This document shows positions 46,952-55,943 of a stretch of 64,000 nucleotides of DNA, piece after piece. Position numbers and translations under genes: made by a program. The notes under the pieces were generated by a model. That model saw nothing but the letters and a program-made list of their open reading frames with translations, was not told the DNA's origin and ran no database searches. The stretch comes from Campylobacteraceae bacterium. GTDB taxonomy: Bacteria; Campylobacterota; Campylobacteria; Campylobacterales; Sulfurospirillaceae. The stretch's first letter is position 1. Each line of letters opens with the position of its first letter. The DNA is taken from the NCBI GenBank assembly GCA_026988975.1, contig JALSKH010000048.1, positions 23,466-87,465 on the forward strand, in the 5' to 3' direction.

Positions 46952-47687
46952 AAATTTTATCCAATAAATTTAATATGGGTTGCTCTAGTAGCCAAGTTAT
47001 AAATAGACCAAGTGTCAAAAAAGGGATAAAAGGAAGATGAAAACCTCTTTTTCCAACAATCAAAAAGGCAGGAAGTGCAATAATAGCAGAGATATATATG
47101 GCACTCAATCCAAGATTTATACCCAATACACCACCTATGATAGCAGCGATGATGATATCAGCCTCTCCCATTGCCTCTTTTTTTATAACCCAAGATACTA
47201 TCATCCTAAGAAGTGTAAAACCTCCAGCAAACAAAAGCGCATCTTGAAAGCTGCTTAAAAAATCTCTTGCAAAAAATGAGATAAAAAGTGTGGGAAAACT
47301 GATGATATCTGGCACAGCTTTATACCTAAGATCTATAATGCTAAGTGCAAACAGTAGAGAAAAAAGCAACCCCAATACCAACCCCTGTACCAAGTCTCCA
47401 CTTTTGATATATCCTATGGTAAATATAATGGCAGTGGTAAGCTCAACTAGCGGATATTGGATGGAGATACTCTCTTTGCAGTAAGCACACTTTCCTCCTA
47501 AAAATATCCAAGAAAGCAGCGGTATATTGTGATAAAATTTCAAAGGAGTTTTGCATTTTGGACAGTGAGAAGCAGGAAAAGAGATACTCTCTCCTTTTGG
47601 AGTTCTAAGAATTAGAACATTTAAAAAAGAGCCTATAGCTAAACCTAAAACAACAAAAAGTACAATATTCAAATCAAATGCCTCCAA
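46944..47687 (-). CDS. prepilin peptidase (A24 family)
   Basis: N-terminal CPKC...CAYC zinc-like motif and polytopic membrane domains with conserved Asp residues (GEADI). Confidence 0.8.
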   Translation of the reverse strand: MEAFDLNIVLFVVLGLAIGSFLNVLILRTPKGESISFPASHCPKCKTPLKFYHNIPLLSWIFLGGKCAYCKESISIQYPLVELTTAIIFTIGYIKSGDLVQGLVLGLLFSLLFALSIIDLRYKAVPDIISFPTLFISFFARDFLSSFQDALLFAGGFTLLRMIVSWVIKKEAMGEADIIIAAIIGGVLGINLGLSAIYISAIIALPAFLIVGKRGFHLPFIPFLTLGLFITWLLEQPILNLLDKIYG

Positions 47688-48345
47688 ATCTTCTCTCCCT
47701 GGTTTTAAAATTTTCGATTATGCCTTCAAACTCTTGCATAGAAAAAGCTGGCCAGAGAGTATCTGAAAAGAAAAGTTCAGCATAAGCACTTTGCCACAAC
47801 AAAAAGTTTGAAAGCCTCTTTTCGCCTCCGGTTCTTATGAGAAGGTCAACATCAGGAAAATCAGAAGTGTCAAGGAGTTTTGAGAAGCTCTCTTCATCTA
47901 TCTCTTCTGTTTTCATTTTTTTGATAGCCCTGATTATCTCATCTTTGGAGCCATAATTTATAGCTAAAATCTGAGTTAAGCCACTATTGTTTTTTGTTTT
48001 ATCTATTGTTTGATTGATGGTCTTTTGCAGATTATTGGAAAATTTTGATATATCTCCTATAACTCTAAATTTTATGTTATTTTGCATGAGTGTTTTTAAC
48101 TCTCTTTTTAAAAATTTAGACAAAAGTTTCATCAAAAAATCAACCTCACTCTGCTCTCTTTTCCAATTTTCTGTACTAAATGAGTAGAGAGTCAGATAAC
48201 CGATACCCAAATCAGAAGCTTTTTTGGTTATCTCAACAACTTTTTTTGCTCCAGCATTATGACCAAAAGTGCGAATTTTACCTTGATTTTTTGCCCATCT
48301 GCCATTTCCATCCATGATGATTGCTATGTGTTTTGGAGTGTTCAA
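47674..48345 (-). CDS. uppS: di-trans,poly-cis-undecaprenyl-diphosphate synthase
   Basis: HIAIIMDGNGRWA, ENWKR, RTGGEKRLSNFLLWQ. Confidence 0.93.
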   Translation of the reverse strand: MNTPKHIAIIMDGNGRWAKNQGKIRTFGHNAGAKKVVEITKKASDLGIGYLTLYSFSTENWKREQSEVDFLMKLLSKFLKRELKTLMQNNIKFRVIGDISKFSNNLQKTINQTIDKTKNNSGLTQILAINYGSKDEIIRAIKKMKTEEIDEESFSKLLDTSDFPDVDLLIRTGGEKRLSNFLLWQSAYAELFFSDTLWPAFSMQEFEGIIENFKTRERRFGGI

Positions 48346-48346
48346 T

Positions 48347-49540
48347 TTATCTCTCTTTTAGTTCATCTAAGATTTTAAACGCTATATTTAGTTTGCTATC
48401 TAGTTTCAAAGTTTTTTCACTCTCTTTTTTTATGATGGTTATCTCATTCTTATCACTTCCAAAACCATTTTGCTCTCCTAAAATATTTAGGCATACAGCG
48501 TGTAAATTTTTCTCTATAAGCATATTTTTAGCACTGTTTTTAGCACTTTTTTTGTCAAGTTCTGCTTTAAAACCTATAGCTTTTATCTCTGTTTTGTCTA
48601 TCTCTTTTAGGATATCTCTGTTTTTAACCATCTTTAGAGAAAACTCTTCTCCTAATACACTCTTTTTTAACTTTCCACTAAATTTTTCTTTACATGTATA
48701 GTCGCTAACTGCAGCAGTCATAAAAAGATAAGCACCTTTTTTGAGATTTGATTTTAGTGCGCTAAACATTTCTTCAGAACCTGGAGTGTGAATAATCTTA
48801 ATCTCATTTGGAAGGTTTCTAGCTTCTTTGGTTGTTATAAATGTGACTTTGGCACCAAGGTAGTAAGCCGCCAAAGATATAGATTTTGCCATCTTTCCAC
48901 TTGAATTATTGGTTATGTATCTGACATCATCTATCTTCTCTTTTGTACCGCCTCCAGTGACAACTAACTCCTTGTTTTTCCAAAAATTATCAAGTAGAAG
49001 AGATTGGGATATATTGTAAAATATCTCGATAGGCTCTGCCATTGCGCCGATTCCTTTGTCATTGCAAGCTAAAAGCTTGTTTTGTGCATCAACGATTTTG
49101 TATCCGAAATCTTGTAGTTTTTTTAGTGATTGGGAGGTGCTTGGGTGTAGCAACATATTTGTATTGGCTGAGGGTGCTATGATGACAGGCTTATTAAATG
49201 CTAGTAGAGTTTGAAGTAGTAGATTGTCTGCTATGCCGTTCGAGATTTTGTTTATGCTGTTAGCTGTGATCGGTGCAACCACAAAGAGATCTGCCCATTT
49301 TCCAATGTGTATATGGTTGTTGTCATTTGCCCAGCTTTCGCTCTGTACATGTAGAACTTCGTTTTGACTAATCGCCTCAAATGTTAAAGGAGTTATAAAT
49401 CTCTTTGCCTCTTCACTCATGATAACTCTAACAGTAGCCCCGGATTTTATCAAAAGCCTTATGAGTTCAAGAGTTTTATAGATAGCAATGCTGCCGGTAA
49501 CTCCTATGAGAATCTTTTTGTTTAGTAGTAAATCATTCAC
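48347..49540 (-). CDS. coaBC: bifunctional phosphopantothenoylcysteine decarboxylase/synthetase
   Basis: N-terminal flavoprotein motif ILIGVTGSIAIYK and the C-terminal CoaB motif NNSSGKMA. Confidence 0.9.
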   Translation of the reverse strand: MNDLLLNKKILIGVTGSIAIYKTLELIRLLIKSGATVRVIMSEEAKRFITPLTFEAISQNEVLHVQSESWANDNNHIHIGKWADLFVVAPITANSINKISNGIADNLLLQTLLAFNKPVIIAPSANTNMLLHPSTSQSLKKLQDFGYKIVDAQNKLLACNDKGIGAMAEPIEIFYNISQSLLLDNFWKNKELVVTGGGTKEKIDDVRYITNNSSGKMAKSISLAAYYLGAKVTFITTKEARNLPNEIKIIHTPGSEEMFSALKSNLKKGAYLFMTAAVSDYTCKEKFSGKLKKSVLGEEFSLKMVKNRDILKEIDKTEIKAIGFKAELDKKSAKNSAKNMLIEKNLHAVCLNILGEQNGFGSDKNEITIIKKESEKTLKLDSKLNIAFKILDELKER

Positions 49541-50835
49541 TGTTTTTTGCCAAAATATTTATAAAAGAAGTCATTTATAACTTTAAGTGGTGCTCGGTTG
49601 ATAGCAAGTGAGCCTTTTGGTATATCTTTTGTTACGGTTGTGCCAGAAGCTATGATGACATCATCTTCGATTTTTACAGGAGCAACGAGTTGAGTATCGC
49701 TGCCGATAAATACATTTTTACCGATGATTGTTTTGTATTTCGCTTTGCCATCATAATTGCAAGTGATAGTGCCACAACCTATGTTTGTTCCCTCATCTAT
49801 TTCACTGTCGCCTAGATAGCTTAAATGTCCTGCTTTTACGCCATTTAGATTTGATTTTTTTACCTCTACAAAGTTGCCTATATGAGTGTTGATTATATGG
49901 CTTTGCGGTCTGATTCTTGCCATTGGACCAATGTCTGAGTTTTCGATGATAGAGTCTTGCACGACACAGTTTGTTTTGATGTGAGAGTCTATGATTTCGC
50001 TATCTCCAAGTAGGCTTACACCATTTTCTATGATGCTTTCCCCGCTTATTTTGACGCTGGACTCTATATATATGGTTTCAGGTAGCCTCATAATGACGCC
50101 ATTTTCCATGAATTTTCTTTTGATTCTTTGTTGCATCAAAAATTCTGCTTGCGAGAGGTGATATTTTGAATTTACACCCATAAATGTATCTTCATCAACC
50201 TCTATGGCTTTTACTTTTATATTTTTAGATTTAGCAATTTTGATAAAATCAGTGATGTAGTACTCATTTTGCATATTGTTATTTGTTAAATTTGGCAAAT
50301 TTTCTTTTAAAAAATCTACGGCAAATAGATAAACCCCAGCATTTACACTCTTTATCTCTTTTTGCTCTTTTGTACAATCCTTCTCTTCGACTATCTCTTG
50401 GACTTCATTTTGTTCGTTTAAGATAACTCTGCCATATCCACTTGGATTTTTACAGTTGAAGCTACTCATGATGACTCTGTAATCTTCTTTTGTAAAAAGG
50501 AGCATATCTTTTGCTTCAAGAAGTGGCATATCGCCATTTAATACCAAAATTTTTGGATATTTTGGCTTCAAACCTCTTAAAGTTCCGCCAGTTCCTGGGT
50601 AGTTTTCGACATCTTGAATTATATAAGTTATATCAGTAAAGTATTTGCTCATCTCTTTTTTTACTAAATCAGCTTGATGATACAAGATAACCGTTATATC
50701 ATCTGTTATCTTTTTTGACTCTTTTATAGTATGGTATAGCATCTCATATCCACTGATTTTGTGTAGAACTTTTGGAATTTTTGATTTCATTCTAGTGCCA
50801 AATCCAGCTGCCATAATAGCAATTGAAATATTCAT
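49537..50835 (-). CDS. glmU: bifunctional UDP-GlcNAc pyrophosphorylase/GlcN-1-P acetyltransferase
   Basis: IAIMAAGFGTRMKS at the N-terminus and left-handed beta-helix hexapeptide repeats at the C-terminus. Confidence 0.9.
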   Translation of the reverse strand: MNISIAIMAAGFGTRMKSKIPKVLHKISGYEMLYHTIKESKKITDDITVILYHQADLVKKEMSKYFTDITYIIQDVENYPGTGGTLRGLKPKYPKILVLNGDMPLLEAKDMLLFTKEDYRVIMSSFNCKNPSGYGRVILNEQNEVQEIVEEKDCTKEQKEIKSVNAGVYLFAVDFLKENLPNLTNNNMQNEYYITDFIKIAKSKNIKVKAIEVDEDTFMGVNSKYHLSQAEFLMQQRIKRKFMENGVIMRLPETIYIESSVKISGESIIENGVSLLGDSEIIDSHIKTNCVVQDSIIENSDIGPMARIRPQSHIINTHIGNFVEVKKSNLNGVKAGHLSYLGDSEIDEGTNIGCGTITCNYDGKAKYKTIIGKNVFIGSDTQLVAPVKIEDDVIIASGTTVTKDIPKGSLAINRAPLKVINDFFYKYFGKKQ

Positions 50836-50865
50836 TAAGTTAATCTCCTAAATTATATAGATAAA

Positions 50866-50892
50866 TGACCGATGTTATAGTGCGTAAGATCA
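50866..50892. repeat. Family B terminal-repeat remnant (solo end or footprint)
   Basis: TTATAGTGCGTAAGATCA (50875-50892) matches the B2 right terminus TTATAGTGCGTAAGGTCA at 17 of 18 positions. TGACC, the first bases of the B2 left terminus, lies 4 nt upstream (50866-50870). Confidence 0.55.
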
Positions 50893-51029
50893 AATTATAA
50901 CTAAAATTTGTTTTAAATGGGCTAAAGAAGAGATGTTTAAGTTGGTTTAATCATCTTTTAACCCAAATAAACATAAAATAAGCCGGTAGACTTTAATAGA
51001 GAAAGTCTAATTATCTCAAAGGTTAAAAC

Positions 51030-51794
51030 ATGGATTTAGGAACCGTAGTTGGTTTAGTACTTACTTTAGCGCTTCTTTTTGGTGCAATGGCTATGGGTGT
51101 TGGTATCGGTCCTTATATTGATATACCTTCTGTTCTGATTGTATTTGGTGGTACTATCGGTGTTCTTCTTGTTGGCTTTAAAATGGAGCAAATGAAGAGT
51201 TTGGTTAAATATTTTATGATTGCCATAAAACCTCCACAGGATGATATAGCCGAGCTTATAAAAAAAATGGTCGAATATTCTACTAAGGCCAGAAGAGATG
51301 GTATCTTGGCGCTTGAAACAGATGCAAATAATGAATCAAATGAATTTTTAAAAAAAGGGCTCTCTATGGCGGTTGACGGTAATGAACCAGATACTATCAG
51401 AGATATGCTCGAAATAGATATGGATCAAACCAGCGAAAGACATAAGGCAAATGCTCAGATTTTTGACCAGATGGGTGGTTTTGCAGGTGCGATGGGAATG
51501 ATAGGAACTTTGATAGGACTAGTCGCTATGCTTTTAAATATGTCTGACCCTTCCGCGATTGGACCGTCAATGGCTGTTGCTTTGCTTACTACAATGTATG
51601 GTGCTATGATAGGAAATATAATTGGTGCACCAGTTGCCAATATACTTCTTATACGAGATAGTGATGAGATACTTGTAAAAACACTAATTATAGAGGGAAT
51701 TATGGCTATACAGTCTGGTGACAATCCTAGAACCTTAGAGGGAAAACTACTATCTTTCTTACCTCCAAAAGAGAGAGAAAGTCAGTTTAATTAG
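51030..51794 (+). CDS. motA: flagellar motor stator protein MotA
   Basis: 254 aa with a 4-TM MotA/ExbB/TolQ pattern and the C-terminal AVALLTTMYGAMIGN. Confidence 0.88.
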   Translation: MDLGTVVGLVLTLALLFGAMAMGVGIGPYIDIPSVLIVFGGTIGVLLVGFKMEQMKSLVKYFMIAIKPPQDDIAELIKKMVEYSTKARRDGILALETDANNESNEFLKKGLSMAVDGNEPDTIRDMLEIDMDQTSERHKANAQIFDQMGGFAGAMGMIGTLIGLVAMLLNMSDPSAIGPSMAVALLTTMYGAMIGNIIGAPVANILLIRDSDEILVKTLIIEGIMAIQSGDNPRTLEGKLLSFLPPKERESQFN

Positions 51795-51802
51795 GATGAT
51801 AA

Positions 51803-52594
51803 ATGGCTAAAAAAGCAAAACCTTGTGATTGTCCTAAGTGTATGCCAGGTTGGCTGGCAGCATTTGGTGACCTTATGTCTCTTTTATTGTGTTTTTTTGT
51901 TTTATTGCTCTCTATGTCCACAATGGATGCGAAGAAGGTTCAAGAAGCTATAGGTTCACTTGCAGGTGCACTAAGTGTACTTGAGGGTGGTACCAAGATG
52001 GATATAAGTAGGGAAAAACAACAACAACTCGAAAGAGTAAGAGTTAAAAGTAAAGACAGAACAACAAATAGTGTAAATGCAGCGATTAGTAAAACCATAA
52101 AAGAGGTAAATGAGATACTCAAAGCCACAGGCTCTCCTCAAGTAACACTAGAAGAGGCTCAGAGTGGATTTGTTATAAGATTGCCTGGTGCCCTTTTGTT
52201 TAAGCCTGGTTCTGCTCAGATTGAAAATCAGGATGCCATACTATTTTTGAAAAGAATTGCGCTCATCGTGGAGAAATTGCCACAGAGTTTGCGTATAAAT
52301 GTTATTGGATATACAGATGATGGCGCACCAGATGCCAAATCTCCATATAGAGATAATTGGGACCTTTCAACTGCCAGAGGAGTAAGTGTTGTAAAAGAGC
52401 TTATAAAGGATAAAATTGCACCAAAAAGGCTACTAGCAGGTGGAAAAGCACAATATGATCCTATAGCTTCCAATGCAACACAGCAAGGGAGAGCAAAAAA
52501 CAGAAGGGTAGAGATGAGATTTTTCTCCATCACAAATAACAATCAAAATAGAGCTAAGAAGAGCATTTTAGACATTAAAAAACAAGAGAAGTAG
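51803..52594 (+). CDS. motB: flagellar motor stator protein MotB
   Basis: N-terminal WLAAFGDLMSLLLCFFVLL containing the conserved Asp, and a C-terminal OmpA-like domain (NWDLSTARG...NRRVE). Confidence 0.88.
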   Translation: MAKKAKPCDCPKCMPGWLAAFGDLMSLLLCFFVLLLSMSTMDAKKVQEAIGSLAGALSVLEGGTKMDISREKQQQLERVRVKSKDRTTNSVNAAISKTIKEVNEILKATGSPQVTLEEAQSGFVIRLPGALLFKPGSAQIENQDAILFLKRIALIVEKLPQSLRINVIGYTDDGAPDAKSPYRDNWDLSTARGVSVVKELIKDKIAPKRLLAGGKAQYDPIASNATQQGRAKNRRVEMRFFSITNNNQNRAKKSILDIKKQEK

Positions 52595-53329
52595 TTGAAA
52601 AAAAGTCTGTTTTTTATATTGGTTTTGATTCCTATTGGTATTTTTGGAGCCGATGCTATACCTACGGTAAATCTTTCGCTAAGTGCACCTACAACGCCAC
52701 AACAGCTAGTTACAAGCCTAAATCTTTTAGTTGTTTTAACCATCCTGGTTTTAGCTCCATCTATTCTTTTTATAATGACAAGTTTTCTAAGACTTATCAT
52801 AGTATTTTCATTTCTTAGGCAAGCCCTTGGAACTCAACAAATGCCACCAAACAATATATTGGTCTCTTTGGCTTTAGTTTTGACATTTTTTATAATGCAA
52901 CCAGTTGCTACAAAATCATACAATACAGCGGTAAAGCCCTATTTAGCAAAAAAGATAGGATATCAAGAGGCTTTTACAAAAGCAGTTGAGCCATTTAAAT
53001 CATTTATGATAAGAAATACTAGAGAGAAAGATTTGGCACTTTTTTTTAGAATTAGGAAATTAAAAAATCCGAAAAATATCCAAGATGTTCCACTTACTAC
53101 AGCAGTTCCAGCATTTATGATAAGTGAACTAAAGACAGCTTTTGAGATAGGCTTCTTGCTCTATCTTCCATTTCTAGTTATAGATATGGTTGTTAGTTCT
53201 GTTCTTATGAGTATGGGTATGATGATGTTGCCACCGGTTATGATATCTTTGCCATTTAAACTACTTATTTTTGTACTAGTAGATGGATGGAATCTGCTTG
53301 TTGGAAGTCTTGTAAATAGTTTTCATTAG
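52595..53329 (+). CDS. fliP: flagellar type III export protein FliP
   Basis: Signal-like N-terminus, then TSFLRLIIVFSFLRQALGTQQMPPN and FLLYLPFLVIDMVVSSVLMSMGMMMLPP. Confidence 0.92.
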   Translation: MKKSLFFILVLIPIGIFGADAIPTVNLSLSAPTTPQQLVTSLNLLVVLTILVLAPSILFIMTSFLRLIIVFSFLRQALGTQQMPPNNILVSLALVLTFFIMQPVATKSYNTAVKPYLAKKIGYQEAFTKAVEPFKSFMIRNTREKDLALFFRIRKLKNPKNIQDVPLTTAVPAFMISELKTAFEIGFLLYLPFLVIDMVVSSVLMSMGMMMLPPVMISLPFKLLIFVLVDGWNLLVGSLVNSFH

Positions 53330-53365
53330 GATTTTCCTGCCAACTGACAGGGAAAAATATTTATC

Positions 53366-53629
53366 TTAGTTGGTTGTGCATCCATTGGAATTAACAGTTG
53401 CTAAAAAAGGTGTATTTGGACATTTGTCATAAATATTTATGACACCATCTCTATCCGTATCTAAAGCGCATCCAAACTTGTCTACCGGTGCTAAAGCAGG
53501 GGTATTTTTGCAAATATCCATATAGTTTGGAATACCATCTCTATCCGTATCTTGCGGAAGCGAACTCTGGGCACATCCACCAAGCAAAACAATGGTAAAA
53601 ACAGCTAGTAGAGATATTTTTTTCATCAA
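53366..53629 (-). CDS. small lipoprotein with two thrombospondin type-3-like (DxDxDG) repeats
   Basis: Lipobox LLGGC. Two 33-aa modules, DTDRDGIPNYMDICKNTP... and DTDRDGVINIYDKCPNTP.... Its start overlaps the stop of the upstream gene (ATGA). Confidence 0.7.
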   Translation of the reverse strand: MMKKISLLAVFTIVLLGGCAQSSLPQDTDRDGIPNYMDICKNTPALAPVDKFGCALDTDRDGVINIYDKCPNTPFLATVNSNGCTTN

Positions 53630-54198
53630 AATCTTCCTCCGCCCATGCCGCCTTCTGAGCCACCGCCCATGCCACCGCCTGAGTTGCCTCCGCCCATGCC
53701 GCCTTCTGAACTGCTGTCTGAATTTCCACCCATTTCACCACCAAATCCACCATTACCCATGCTTGATTCCATGTTTCCCATTGAAGAATCCATGTGATTT
53801 TCCATATTTTGAGTAGCATTTTCTCGTGCATTATTTTCTTTTGCATGCTCTTCTTGCATGTGTTCTTGCATATTTGATCTTTTTTCTTGGATTTTATCCA
53901 TAACTTCTTTGATTTTTTCTTCTCTTTCATTTTGCTTTGATAAAGCAATTTTGTTTTTAATGGCATTCATATACCTATATCTATTTTTAGTCTGTGCTCT
54001 ATTCATTTTTTGAATCAGATCATCAATGGTATCGGTTGTTTTTATCTCTTGATCGCTACTCGTATCTGTGTTTACAGTTGCATCGCTTGAAGTTGCTGTT
54101 GTTTGTGTTGTTGTATCTGTACTTGTAGCAACATCTGCTGCATATATTGAACTTGATAGCGTTAATAACGCTCCAATAATTAAAACTTTTATTTTCAT
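53626..54198 (-). CDS. secreted Thr/Ser-rich, Met/His-rich protein with a GGMGGG repeat tail
   Basis: Signal peptide (...SSSIYA-AD), a T/S-rich segment, a charged helix, M/H-rich NMQEHMQEEH...NMENHMDSSMGNMESSMGN, then the tail GGMGGGNSGGGMGGGSEGGMGGGRF. Confidence 0.65.
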   Translation of the reverse strand: MKIKVLIIGALLTLSSSIYAADVATSTDTTTQTTATSSDATVNTDTSSDQEIKTTDTIDDLIQKMNRAQTKNRYRYMNAIKNKIALSKQNEREEKIKEVMDKIQEKRSNMQEHMQEEHAKENNARENATQNMENHMDSSMGNMESSMGNGGFGGEMGGNSDSSSEGGMGGGNSGGGMGGGSEGGMGGGRF

Positions 54199-54279
54199 CT
54201 TTTATCCTTTGTTTTGGTTGCAGTACAGATAACCTAGCGCACGCAAATCTAGGCTACCTGTGATGAAATTATGACATAG

Positions 54280-54301
54280 AAGTGTTACCTAAGTGTTACC
54301 T
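54280..54301 (-). promoter_or_regulatory. Perfect 11-bp tandem direct repeat, candidate response-regulator binding site
   Basis: AAGTGTTACCT x2 on the plus strand (AGGTAACACTT x2 on the coding strand). It lies about 80-100 nt upstream of the 53626-54198 gene start, overlaps the stop of the histidine kinase gene, and has CATAAT about 10 nt downstream. Confidence 0.45.
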
Positions 54302-55319
54302 CGAATTTTGTACCAATTCCATATATACTATTTATCTCTATCTTGTACCCAAGTTTATTGCAAAGTTTTTTGACTATATTTAATCCTAATCCTATGCCTC
54401 TTTGAGTCTCCTTGTAGTATCTGTTAAATACTTTTTTGGGATTTTTGATGCCTATTCCTGTGTCTTCTATGCTTAGTTTGTCTTCATCTATAGTTATATT
54501 TACTTTGCCATTTTCTCTATTGTATTTGCAGGCATTTGAGATTAGGTTATCTAAGATTCTCTCTATCCCATCTTGTGAAGTATATATAGTCTTTGTTTGG
54601 ATATTGATTATGAAGTTTATGCTAGGATATAGATATTTATAATACTCAATTTTTTGTAAAATCAAATCTTCTATATCTACTTCCTCTTTGGTTAGTGGAT
54701 TGTTTGAAATGATCGCTTCTAAATTTCCATAAAGAGAGCCAATTTTTTTAGTAGAGTACTCAACCCTTTTTATCGCTTCAACAGAGTCGGTCTGTTTTAA
54801 GATTTTAAGATTTAAAAATATAGAAGAGATTGGAGTATTTAAGTCATGGATGATATCTTTTAAAAATTCATCTAGCAAATATAGAGCTTTTTTTAGTGGA
54901 TTGATGGCATAGATTGAGAAAATTATAGATAAAATTAGAAGTATAAAGCTACTAATTGCATAGTAAAATAGACTGTTTTTACGAATCTCTTCTAAAGAAT
55001 TTAGATACTTTTTATATGGATATATGATTTCAAGTGAACTTTTTTTTGAATTTGGTATATCAAAATAGGCAAAAATTTTATCTTTTGTTATGTGTAGTAT
55101 ATACATCTCATCTCTTTTCTTGATAGGTACGATATCTATCTTTATAGAGTTGTCTTTGAAGTTATAGTTATAGAGTTTTATTTTGTTAAATATCTCTACA
55201 TGTAGAGATATTTTTTGTTCCCTAAAGTAGAGGTAAAATATGACACTATTTAAAATAAGAAGTGTTGTAAAGAAAAGTAAAAAACTCTTTAAAAAAGACT
55301 CTCTCTCATACCTCTTCAA
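54285..55319 (-). CDS. sensor histidine kinase
   Basis: Two TM helices flank a sensor loop of about 100 aa. H-box IIHDLNTPISSI, N-box LISNACKYN, G-boxes EDTGIGI and GIGLGLNIV. Confidence 0.85.
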   Translation of the reverse strand: MKRYERESFLKSFLLFFTTLLILNSVIFYLYFREQKISLHVEIFNKIKLYNYNFKDNSIKIDIVPIKKRDEMYILHITKDKIFAYFDIPNSKKSSLEIIYPYKKYLNSLEEIRKNSLFYYAISSFILLILSIIFSIYAINPLKKALYLLDEFLKDIIHDLNTPISSIFLNLKILKQTDSVEAIKRVEYSTKKIGSLYGNLEAIISNNPLTKEEVDIEDLILQKIEYYKYLYPSINFIINIQTKTIYTSQDGIERILDNLISNACKYNRENGKVNITIDEDKLSIEDTGIGIKNPKKVFNRYYKETQRGIGLGLNIVKKLCNKLGYKIEINSIYGIGTKFEVTLR

Positions 55320-55941
55320 GGCGATATCCTTGTGCTCTTATGTTTGATATATTAACCATAAGTTTTTTCTTTATCTTTGAAATATGAACCCTAAGAGCCA
55401 AATCAGTGGGCTTGTCCATGATCTCAAATATGCTGTTTTTGTCAACGATTTTACCCATGTTTTTAAAAAGTAAAAGAAATATCTTCTTATCAATCAAAGG
55501 AATTTCCACGGGTTTGTTATCTATGGTTATGGTGTCATCAAGCGTGTTGTATATGATATTTTTATATGTGAGTTTTGAGTCGCTAACATTTAGTTTAGCA
55601 TCGATTCTTATAAGCAATTCATCAAAATCAAAAGGCTTTTTTATATAATCATCCGCACCTGAACTAAATCCAAGAGAGAGTGATTTTAGATCTCGTAAAG
55701 CAGTGATAAAAAAAGCAGGAGTTCTATCACCACTATCTCTTAACTCCTTTAAAAAATCAAACCCATTTAAAAATGGTACATTTACATCCAGGAGATAGAG
55801 ATCAAAATCTTGCTCATATGAAATATCTAATGCTATATTTCCATTTTTTGCTATTGAAACTTCATATTTTTTTGCCTCCAAGAGTTCTTTTAATGTTTGC
55901 GATAGAATTTCATCATCTTCTAAGAGGAGAATTTTGTACAT
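55306..55941 (-). CDS. OmpR-family response regulator
   Basis: Receiver domain (ILLLEDDEIL...DLYLLDVNVPF...ALRD...KP) plus a winged-helix C-terminus. Confidence 0.85.
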   Translation of the reverse strand: MYKILLLEDDEILSQTLKELLEAKKYEVSIAKNGNIALDISYEQDFDLYLLDVNVPFLNGFDFLKELRDSGDRTPAFFITALRDLKSLSLGFSSGADDYIKKPFDFDELLIRIDAKLNVSDSKLTYKNIIYNTLDDTITIDNKPVEIPLIDKKIFLLLFKNMGKIVDKNSIFEIMDKPTDLALRVHISKIKKKLMVNISNIRAQGYRLEEV

Positions 55942-55943
55942 CT

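Noticed and set aside
53330-53365. Hairpin TTTTCCTG-N8-CAGGGAAAA between fliP and the lipoprotein gene, considered as a bidirectional intrinsic terminator
   Set aside because: The stem is short and bulged, and neither strand has a following U-tract, so it does not meet the usual criteria.
53630-53770. GC-rich tandem repeat (CCGCCCATGCCGCC-like units) considered as a non-coding satellite or phase-variation tract
   Set aside because: It is the in-frame coding sequence for the GGMGGG(S/N)(E/G) tail of the secreted protein at 53626-54198. The units are imperfect and there is no homopolymeric run that would suggest slipped-strand switching.
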